A program made the position numbers and the translations under genes. Shown here in pieces: positions 10,342-19,550 of a DNA stretch of 64,000 nucleotides. The number at the start of each line of letters is the position of its first letter. The stretch's first letter is position 1. This DNA is from Iphione sp. A-MEVVRFRX5 (Eukaryota), in assembly GCA_976226885.1 (NCBI GenBank), contig OZ320319.1, positions 14,880,001 to 14,944,000 on the forward strand. The letters are read 5' to 3'. The notes under the pieces were generated by a model. It made no database searches and was not told where the DNA came from. It was given only the letters and a program-made list of their open reading frames with translations.

Positions 10342-13300
10342 TTAGGGCACATTGAAGTTACAGGTTATCTTCTTATTTCTTCTAATTCGTTTCCATAATG
10401 ACTTCATCTGTTTAGGTGAATAGTTGGTTTCCTCTACCGTTAGCTTTGACCAGAGAGTCTGGAAGTAATACCTGGGTGATTTTTTAAACATTTCCTTTTT
10501 TGGCCAGGTTATGTGAATGGGCCTCTTGTCACTTGTCCTAGTAGCGTACGTATTTTGTCTGAGTGGTTTGATTTTCCTAATTAACTCAGTGCTACTATAA
10601 CCCAGCCTTAGTATTGTTGAGTCTATAGCACCCATTAGCTCCTCTTCGATCTCGTGGCGAGAGGGTACCCTTCCTATTTGTATGACGCACCTATAGTAGG
10701 CCCTCCTCATACTGATCAGTTTCTCGTATTCAGGGCATCTAGTACTTGCTAGGACAAAATTTCCGTATTCGAGCACAGGTAAAAACACTGTTTTCATTAG
10801 AGTCGTAGCCACACTCACATTTATATATTTTCTAATATGTCTAAAGTGCTTCAATTTCGAATAACCTTTGGCTAAAATATCATTCAGATAGGGCTTCCAA
10901 CACAGTTTCGAATCAATTACTATCCCCAGGTATCTAAACACATCTACCTCTTCTATGTCAGTACCCTTCAAATTTATGTTTAGTTTTCCAATATTTTTAT
11001 TTTTCATAAATGTCATTACCTTTGTCTTGTTGGTATTAATAAGAATCTTATTTATGTCAGACCATGCCGCAATGTTTGATAAGTCTGACTGTAGTTGATC
11101 CCTGCTGGCTTGATAGCTATCTCCTGAACTAATGACAGCTACGTCATCCGCATAGATTATACACTGACAGTGTTTCAGTATGACTGGCAAATCATTGATA
11201 AACATTAGAAATAGGAGGGGTCCCATAATGGAACCTTGCGGAACCCCGCAGTCTATTTTTTGTTCTATGGACTCCACACCCTTGTATACAGTTTTCTGAT
11301 GTCTGTCTTTCAGGTAATTTTCAAACCACGGAACAGCTTCTTGTAATCCAAGTCTCTTTAACTTGTCGAGTATAATCATGTGTGATATGGAATCAAATGC
11401 CTTTGAAAAATCTATAAACCCGACACAAATGTATTTACGGGCATTGATTCCACAGTATATGTAGTCAAGTAGTGTATAGATCGCAGTGTCTGTCCCTCGA
11501 TGTGGTCTAAAACCATGTTGACAGTCAGTCAATATCTTACCGGCCTCCAGATAATTCATAATTCGAGAATATAGGATTTTTTCCAAAAGTTTCATAATAA
11601 GTGGCAGTTGACTAATCGGCCTATAGTTATTCATATCACTCGGATTACCTGATTTAAAGAGGGGTGTAACTATTGCTGTTTTCCACGATAATGGTATTAC
11701 ATTGGTCTCAATACTGCAATTAAATAAATGTTCTATTTCAGTTGCCACAACAAAAAATATATCCTTCCATATATAGTTTGGGAGGCTTAGTATCATACTA
11801 GCCTTCTTGTTTGGTATTTTAAAACTATACTCAATAATCTCTAATAGGGTTATAGGTGTCAGTTTAACTCCTTCCTGACCACCATAAATGGTGCAATTTG
11901 AAAGTGTAGCTATGGGTCAATATAGCTTATTCTTCCCTTGCTTTTGGTACAGTACAGAGTTCGTAATGTTATATATCATATGAAAGCCCTTGAATTTTAC
12001 TTCATTTCTAAGCTTATTTTGTTCTATATATTTGGTTACCATGGTAACAAGACAGGGTTCAATGTAAGATATGATCATGAAAATTTACATCAAATTTTCA
12101 CTAATTATCATAAATGGTTGAAAAAAAACAAAAAATATCACTTTTAGAAAAAAATGTTCAATTAAGAAAGTGTTCAGGAAGTGATTTACAGTCTTTTGAT
12201 ATATAATTTGTTACTGTAGATGGAACTGGTCACTTTTTATGACAGTCTGAGATGATGTATGCTTACATCAAAAATGATGTCAATGATGTCACAGATACAT
12301 TTTTCTACAAAATCATGTGGTTACCATGGAAACAGGGTAAACACTAAATTATTACTTTTACCATGGAACACCTTCAAAATGTCATAACTTTCATTTTGAG
12401 GTAAATTTTTTCCGGAGTGAAACAAATAAAGACAATAACTTATGGTATAGAGATATTTTATACCATTAAAAACAAACTTTAGTGTTAGTGTCTAAGTATG
12501 AGCAAGTCTATATCACAAGATATCCAAGGATTGGCAATGTATTTTATATTTTCATAGTAACAAACTAAGAAAACCTATCAAATAAGATTCAAAACAATAT
12601 CTTAAAAGAATATTCTTAAAAATAACCTCACTTAATTATAAAATAATATGTTGTTTGCTGTTATAAAGGGTTATCAAGAGTCAAATTAGCTGATAGTATG
12701 AAAAAACTGCTAATAACGCAATTTAGGGCAAAGTCATGTGACAATCATGGTGATTTTCCATATTGCAAAACAGAAATTTTAGATTCATTCATTTAGTTCA
12801 TACCTTCTTGTACCTGAATCATCTATTTATTTGAGAATAAGTACCTAGATTTTAATGTGGTACTCTTCTTAACGATCCACAGGCTTATGTACCAAATGTG
12901 GTACATAAGCCAATGGGTGGTCAGGAAGGAGTTAAATCGATTAGATACTGTAAGTCCTTGATATGCGTATTCATAGTGTTGCAACCGAGATGCTACCTTA
13001 CTTCCCACTTGGGCAAAATGCTGGTTTAAGTCATTAGCAAGTTTTAGATTATCCTCACAGCCCAGGGACATTTCAGGTTTCTTATTTCCAATTCCCAGGT
13101 CCATTTTTAAATTGTTCCAGACTTTTGATGGGTCATTTCCTGCCTCATCAACCCTACTCATGATACATTGTTTTCTGAGTGCTACCCCCAGTTTACGACA
13201 CCTGTATTTCAGAATTTTTTCTTGTAGCTTATCAAACGGGTTGCCACTTTGCAAATATTTTTTATGTTGATGATGTTTTTCCCTAACCAGGTCTAAATAC

Positions 13301-14259
13301 TCCCCTGATATCCATTTTGGTTTGCCGCTACGTACAGTGGTTTTCTTTTCTGGGCACAACCGATTAATTATTATTGAGATTTTGGCTGTCATTATCTCCC
13401 ATTTCTCACTAATACATTCATTTTCATAGAAGTCTGTCCCGTCTATTCCCATAACCATCCTTGACAGTGCAACAAGATTAAGTTTCGAATAGTTTCTGTA
13501 AGTGATAATTTTTCTCTTTATCTTACTACGCACATTAGTCATTAATAATATCTCAATAGCCTTATGATCACTAATGGCCTTGTCCAGAACCTCACAATTG
13601 ATATTATCTGTGAAATTACTTAAACATAGATCAATTATCATTTTCGTATTACGAGTTATTCTTGTGTAATCCTTTACCAATTGTACAAAGGAATTTTCTC
13701 TACAAAATTCCCTAAGCCTTGATCTAGGATTGTTCCTAACGGCTCAGTTGATATTCAGATCACCGACAATGATAACTTTACTAGAAAGGCCTATACTTTC
13801 CAGTATTGTATTTAATTTTGATATTGCTAATGCAACCTTCCCACTTGGTGGACGATAGCAGACAAGTACATAGTAGACAATATTATTCCAAAGGGTGATT
13901 TTGATTACACAAACTTCTAAGTCTGGACTAGTATCCGTCATTAAAGACATATGTTCATACACGACATCTTCGAGATCTTTTGTATAGATCAGGATACCGC
14001 CACCTATTTTGCCTACCCTGTCATTTCGTATTATACTATAACCTGTTTTCTTTAGCAGTGCTGACGGAAAGTGCACATCCAACCATGTCTCAGTAACAAA
14101 AAGCAAATCTGGGTCCAGGTTATACAGTAGGAGACTAAACTCTTCCATCTTACCTTTGATACTCCTAATATTGATATGGTACATACTCAACGCTCCAGTC
14201 ATCTTAGCCATTTGTGGTTCAACACCACGCCACCATCCATCCATACGAGAGCCGTCCAT
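10342..14259 (-). pseudogene. APE endonuclease-reverse transcriptase ORF, interrupted by one TGA and a MITE
   Basis: APE motifs: HINIRS, FVTETWL, RNDR..GGG, CYRPP, GDLN, IDL, SDH. RT motifs: YRPISQL, QHGFR, FIDFSKAFD, GVPQGSIMGPLLF, YADD, YLG. Track ORFs 13744-14259 and 12823-13680 share a frame separated by TGA at 13744-13746. Removing 1068 nt (MITE plus one TTAA) joins them in frame to 10342-11796, giving 950 codons. Confidence 0.93.
11868..12931. mobile_element. piggyBac-type non-autonomous element (MITE) inserted in the LINE RT ORF
   Basis: Perfect 16-bp TIRs CTCCTTCCTGACCACC (11868-11883) and GGTGGTCAGGAAGGAG (12916-12931). TTAA duplicated at 11864-11867 and 12932-12935. Confidence 0.92.
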
Positions 14260-15305
14260 ACACTATCTGCTACTGAATTTGCAACATATCTTTTATAAAG
14301 TCTTTCTATAATCGGTGTATCAGAGAGCATGCTTATTTAACAACCGGTGGTTTTAGTTATAAGAAACTATAGGAAAGAGAAATTATATATCGTATATTTT
14401 AGACAAATGTACTTGAAAGAAACAGATAATTAATTGTGCACTTATAAATTCAGACTTTGTCTTATTGTCTATTAATATAACAGTATTTCTTTCTTCAATT
14501 GACCACCTACCACATATTGGTTGTCCGCGACGAGGCCGACCCAATAATCCGTTCTTTTTCTTCTATTAAGAATATTTTCAGTGCAACAAATTTGTCACAC
14601 GAGCTACAAAACATCTTAAATTAAAGCATCAACTACATGTGAGAGAGTGAATTGTTTATTAGTATATGTTCAATTTACCAATCTCTAAATAGTATGCAAG
14701 TAAGCATATGGGTGCCAGTGGTAACGACGCAGAGAATTATTTTCTCCTAACGTAAGTGGGTATGTACCCAACAAACATCAAATACATCAAGTTTCAACTC
14801 AAAACTTATAGGTTAATTCTATCTAAATTTCGAACACATAGTATTTAGTCCAAATTAACAACACAATACAGATAAATTTGTGTCATCAGTATCGGAAAAA
14901 CTTACTTCGAATACCAACTATTTAGTATAGTTGGTTGTGTTTACAATCTAGCTTTTGGATAATCATCCAATATAACTTAAATAATTAAACGCAACAAAAG
15001 TAAAACAGAGCAAGGGAATAATAACAGATTATAGCATCCGGGATAAACATCCCCGCCATAAATAAACTCAGTACATACTGTAGCGTATATAACGGTTAGA
15101 CAATAAAGGATAAACATCCTACACTTTCTTACCGTTAACGAGTATGTGTTCATATGGCCCACATTTTGTTATAAAGTCATCAATCTATGATTTGCATTTT
15201 ACAAAGGATAAACATCCTTCCTCGAATTCTATATACGTTAGTCTATAGGTAACAGTGGATATCTTATGGCTCTCGTTGCCTTCACGTCAATGTATTACTA
15301 GTAAG

Positions 15306-15989
15306 CTACCAGCCACTACCATATATCAGTTTTTCGAGAGCCTTGATTATTTTCTTTACGACCTTACGTTTCCAACGTAATCGTAGATGAGTGCCATCCC
15401 TCAGCCTGATCAACCTATGCCGCCACATACCCTGGTTTCTGGAATGCACTACTGCATTTACCCAGGGTGTTGGGACTCCAAATGTTCGGTTTATCATGGT
15501 TATTCGCTGATTGATCAGCGTTATGGCGTGATTGATCAGATCTTGTATTCGACTTGTTGCACCTGTGTTGCCCAGGTAGCCGTTCAAGTAGTAGTTGGTA
15601 ATCCCGTAGTCGACACTAAATATTGTGCACAACATTATTACACTGAACGGGTACCTCATCTGTATTTTCGTTCTACTGTCCCAATACAAACTTTCCATCC
15701 GTTCAGCTGCAGCTATTGAGGAATGAAAACGTGGCACCACATATCTGAGTCTATTTCCTTCTCTGTCCATGCAACGAAACATCCTCGTGACATTATTGCC
15801 CCCGCAGAGGACCACTATAATACTGGGATACGGGTCCCAGTTCCCTGTGACAATATGTTCCGTCAGTTCTTCCATTTTGCAACCTGGAAAATATACCACG
15901 TTCACGAACCAACCTTCTTCATTGAAAAGCTGTTTCATTCCACGTCCGTGGCTACTCGAAAATAGGTAGATGAAGGGCTGTAAAGCCAT
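15306..15989 (-). CDS. SGNH/GDSL-type esterase, stand-alone ORF of the LINE (227 aa from first ATG)
   Basis: Block I-like IYLFSSSHGR, block II-like FPG, block III-like VLCGGNN and block V DGTHL, in the expected order and spacing. The track start at 16055 is a TTG; the first ATG is at 15989. Confidence 0.8.
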   Translation of the reverse strand: MALQPFIYLFSSSHGRGMKQLFNEEGWFVNVVYFPGCKMEELTEHIVTGNWDPYPSIIVVLCGGNNVTRMFRCMDREGNRLRYVVPRFHSSIAAAERMESLYWDSRTKIQMRYPFSVIMLCTIFSVDYGITNYYLNGYLGNTGATSRIQDLINHAITLINQRITMINRTFGVPTPWVNAVVHSRNQGMWRHRLIRLRDGTHLRLRWKRKVVKKIIKALEKLIYGSGW

Positions 15990-16105
15990 TTTCCCAATCT
16001 CACACTGATGTATAGAGCCGCCGGTATCACACTGTACTGACGTTGCCCGGATCAATGGCCCGTTCGTAAAATGCTCTTCCCAGAGGATGACTGATCAAAC
16101 ATGGT

Positions 16106-17905
16106 TTAAGTATCCATTTCTGACTCCTCCTCCTCGTTCAATTCAGCCCTTGTCAGCTCCAATAGCCTACCGAGCCAATTCTCACCTGGATAACTCTTTT
16201 TGGGGATTTGCTTAGAGTTTTTCATCACACCAGCACCCCAGAATCTGTTCATTGTGCCTTTGACCAGTGTCCTTTTCCCAGTTTCTAATAATACTTTTTT
16301 TAACTCAGGATGTTGACTAAATTTGTTCCATAGTAATTCTTTCATGATTTCCTTTTTTTGGTCATCCCAGCCTTTGATATCGGGCAAGTCTCGTCTTAGT
16401 TGTTTCATTTCGCTGTAGCGGGTAGTATGAAGTGATTTCGCAATTTTTGACTGAACATTAGCAGCACAGCTCTTAGCATATGTATAAGCTTGTTCAACAT
16501 GAAGGAATTGTTTTTCATCCCATGTGAAAGGTGCTTCATACAGATTCGACAACGGTGAAGAACTGTCTGCGAAGCTGATTGTATCTTCATTTTGTTCCTC
16601 GCTCTGATTTGTCTTTTTAGAGCCGGTTTTATCTTTCGATCCCGATTCATTTTCTCGACGAGGATTCCGTTTCGACCTTTTATTTCTCTGTATCAGAGCA
16701 CTTGCACCACCATTCCCTTCAACTCGTTGAACACTCGACTGTAACTTCGGTTCACTCAATTCGGGAATGTCCGACAGTTCATCAACCTTGTAAAACATCT
16801 CTCCTATTTGGATACCGTTATGCTTTACAGTGAACTCTAGGTCAGGATTCTCTTTCTTCAGCGTCCTCACAGTTTGTCTGATTTGATATTGCTGGTTCCT
16901 TTCTGTCACTGTCAGATCAGGATTTATCCATATACGTTTGTTTTTTAATTTGTTTTTGTTTCTGAATACCTCGGAATGTTTTGTATTACGAACCAGTTTC
17001 ACAAAGACTGGCGGTGTCGCTGAGGGATCCTTTCTGGGAACTCTATATACTTGGTTAATTTCAGACTCATGGAACTGGATTCCCAGACCTCTAATAAGGT
17101 CAACAACCTTTTTAGTTATATTTTCCTTGTCCTTGTAAGCAAGTCCTTCTATGAAGAAATTGTTTGCTCTGAGTCTCTTGTCAACCTCTTCATTAATCAG
17201 TGGTACCTTGGTAGTTGCAGTATTGGTGCCATCATTGTTGTCGAGCATCTCAGCTACAGACTTCGTGTCCTCACAGAGCTTTCCTACTTTGTTTGTTAGC
17301 TCTTTAATATCGTTGTCTTTAGCAGTAGTCATTGATGCTACGTCCATTCTCAACTTTTCCCTCTCAGATTGCGAGATTTTCAGAGTTTCTTCAATCTCAG
17401 TTAGTTTCTCTGTGTTCGCTTTTATCTGTTTTGTATTCGTATCAAGCCGCGTAATAAGGTTTGATAGTTCAGTGTTTATCTTTTCACATTCCATGTTTAA
17501 ACAGTCACGTATCTCCTTGAGATTTTCTTCACCTTGCTTCTTGATCTCATTAAGTATTGTATAGACAATTGTTGACTCATTCTCCTTGTTTGCGGACCCA
17601 TCCTTATTTACTAGTAATTCCGTGAGCGGACTATTTTCTTTTTTCCGTTTTCTAGCAGCAGCATCCGCATCATTCACGTTTGGGGTGAGTTGTAAACTGT
17701 TTTCATCGATTAAATAGTCCTTTATACTAGCCTGGAACCCTCCTTTAGCTGTTTCCGAACACTCCTCGGTTAGCTTCATTGAGACGACACTCACCTGATC
17801 ACTGTTGGTAATTGGGACGGTATTACGTAATACCTGCTCCCCGCTCTGATTTGCAGTACCCCCGCCCACCTTTTCTGCCACCGTTGTACTGATATTTCCC
17901 TCCAT
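16106..17905 (-). CDS. LINE ORF1 protein: coiled coil, L1-ORF1-like RRM/CTD region, charged linker and C-terminal NADAR (YbiA-like) domain (599 aa)
   Basis: Heptad-rich region, then RANNFFIEGL...VYRV...PPVFVKL...IWINPDLT..ER, typical of L1-type ORF1p (about 16850-17180). The C-terminus PLSNLYEAPF..VEQAYTYAK..W...K.EIMKELLWNKFSQHPELKKVLLETG..LV....RFWGAG...GENWLGRLLELTRAEL matches the NADAR pattern (about 16139-16573). Confidence 0.88.
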   Translation of the reverse strand: MEGNISTTVAEKVGGGTANQSGEQVLRNTVPITNSDQVSVVSMKLTEECSETAKGGFQASIKDYLIDENSLQLTPNVNDADAAARKRKKENSPLTELLVNKDGSANKENESTIVYTILNEIKKQGEENLKEIRDCLNMECEKINTELSNLITRLDTNTKQIKANTEKLTEIEETLKISQSEREKLRMDVASMTTAKDNDIKELTNKVGKLCEDTKSVAEMLDNNDGTNTATTKVPLINEEVDKRLRANNFFIEGLAYKDKENITKKVVDLIRGLGIQFHESEINQVYRVPRKDPSATPPVFVKLVRNTKHSEVFRNKNKLKNKRIWINPDLTVTERNQQYQIRQTVRTLKKENPDLEFTVKHNGIQIGEMFYKVDELSDIPELSEPKLQSSVQRVEGNGGASALIQRNKRSKRNPRRENESGSKDKTGSKKTNQSEEQNEDTISFADSSSPLSNLYEAPFTWDEKQFLHVEQAYTYAKSCAANVQSKIAKSLHTTRYSEMKQLRRDLPDIKGWDDQKKEIMKELLWNKFSQHPELKKVLLETGKRTLVKGTMNRFWGAGVMKNSKQIPKKSYPGENWLGRLLELTRAELNEEEESEMDT

Positions 17906-19194
17906 TATCACTCAAACAGCCCTTTCTATCCCTTATTTACTCCTTTTTGTAGTGACAAATTGTCTATTTAATGCAGACTTTAAACGCACCACTCTCACAT
18001 GTAGGTAGCTATAGAATTAGTTAAAAAATATCACTCACTATACCATGTTTCCGCCGGCCTCACCACGGACGCCCTGTGTGTACGTCTTTACGCACTGGCA
18101 GCCATATAGAACCATTGATAGATAGGCATAGAAGATATATGAAGAGAGAGAGAGAGAGCTAGAGAGAAAGGAGAGAAAGAAAGGTAACAGGAAACGGCAA
18201 GTAAAGGAGAGAGGTAAGGAAATAGATAAACAGAAATGAGGGAGACAAAAACAGGGGTGAACAAACAATAAGACCCAGCGAGACATTTAGATATAGCTAC
18301 AGGGATTTAGAACCCAGAGCAGGGCTTTTCTAATTACCGTGCGATCAGAGTTTAGTCAGCAAAGTGCGCAATATACATCTGCCTTTAGATATATTAAGTA
18401 GTTGTGATTAGCGACTGTGCAAATCAATTCTAATAAAACAACATGTCGTTTGCATGTTCTTGTTACACATTTCGAGGAGAAACGAATCAAATGTTCCAGC
18501 ATGAAGCATAACTACCAGCGCCTCCATCGGCAGCTCTCAACACTAATTCGTTTAGTTTCGGCTTTTTCCACTAGAGAGAGTTGTCAGTCATTCTCACTAT
18601 CCGACAGATGTCAGCACCCGCTATCTACGTGGAAACGTGTCCGCTGCAGCCAGATTCTAACTCAATATATAGACATTTTCATGTTTATCATCAACATAAT
18701 TAACATCATAAACATGATTTCCATAGAGAAAATACATGTACGTTCATTTGCACGCGCAGATGTAACTTGAATAGCATAACTCTGCACTTCAACGCTTTCA
18801 GTGATCATCGGTCGATATTTATTGTCCAATCTTAAGACGTCTATACCAGGTATATCCTATAAAGTTCAAATTAATGACATCACTTATTGTTAGCATATAT
18901 AAGCCGTTTGTTTCACCACAAGACATGTCTTTCTATGAACCACCACCAACATCTACTTTTCTCTGGGTATATCCTCCAGTTGACCCACCACTGAGCACTA
19001 AACGAATCTGTTACTGCCAGACGTTTACAATAAAGTTACAGAAATAGTACAATGCCCACTGTGAAAAGAAAACATAACACACTGTAGCAATGACTGAGTG
19101 ACGTTGAAAAACCATTAGGTTCTGGAGTTTAATATAATTTTGCAACAAATACAGGGAATATTATGAACTAACACATATTGATGTTTAAAAGGCT

Positions 19195-19550
19195 GGGGAG
19201 TTAGCTCAGTGGTAGAGCACCAGTCCACTGATTCAGAGGTCGCAGGTTCAATCCCGGGCTTGGGACTCTTGATCACGATGAGACAGATTTACTGTAGCCC
19301 CAACCCAGAGTGGTCCACAACTCGTAGAAAGGCCATGGGTGTATAGGATTTTGTCCCCTATGCACTAAAAGACCCAAGAAACCTATTCGAAATAAGAGTA
19401 GGAGGCAATCCCGAGTATTCTGGTCTCTCAATTCTCAACAATAGATGGTAGTATGCTACCCCAGGAGGATATGGAAGAGCTCTGTCATGTAATAGAGAAT
19501 ATCTAGTTCCTGGTTAAGATACAATGAAATGAAAAATGAAAATGAAATGA
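19195..19550 (+). mobile_element. tRNA-derived SINE, family A (central region reminiscent of MetaSINE)
   Basis: A box TAGCTCAGTGG, B box GGTTCAATCC, shared body and (AAATG)n tail. Paralogous copies at 41255-41567 (+) and 52062-52200 (-, 3' fragment). Confidence 0.85.

Larger units (their letters stand above)
9518..18000 (-). mobile_element. Near full-length non-LTR retrotransposon, CR1/L2 group (Crack/Daphne/L2-like), with three ORFs; 5' boundary uncertain
   Basis: Co-oriented ORF1 (RRM-like plus NADAR), SGNH esterase ORF and APE-RT ORF, then a 3' UTR of about 800 nt ending in AATAAA (9538-9543) and a (TAA)n tail (9518-9536). No TSD found. Confidence 0.9.

Noticed and set aside
12823-12931. 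C-terminus of track ORF 12823-13680
   Set aside because: These codons are read-through into the piggyBac MITE, not LINE protein.
14516-14547. HDV-like ribozyme in the LINE spacer
   Set aside because: A P3/L3-like CCTCGTCGCGG is present, but I could not find matching P1, P2 or P4 helices.
14977-15162. Small hydrophobic fourth ORF in the LINE
   Set aside because: 61 codons with no motif, overlapping the hairpin repeats; expected by chance in AT-rich DNA.
19195-19270. Functional tRNA gene (also 41255 and 46005-46085)
   Set aside because: The cloverleaf is imperfect, there is no poly-T terminator, and the head continues into a shared multicopy body with a simple-repeat tail, so these are SINE heads.
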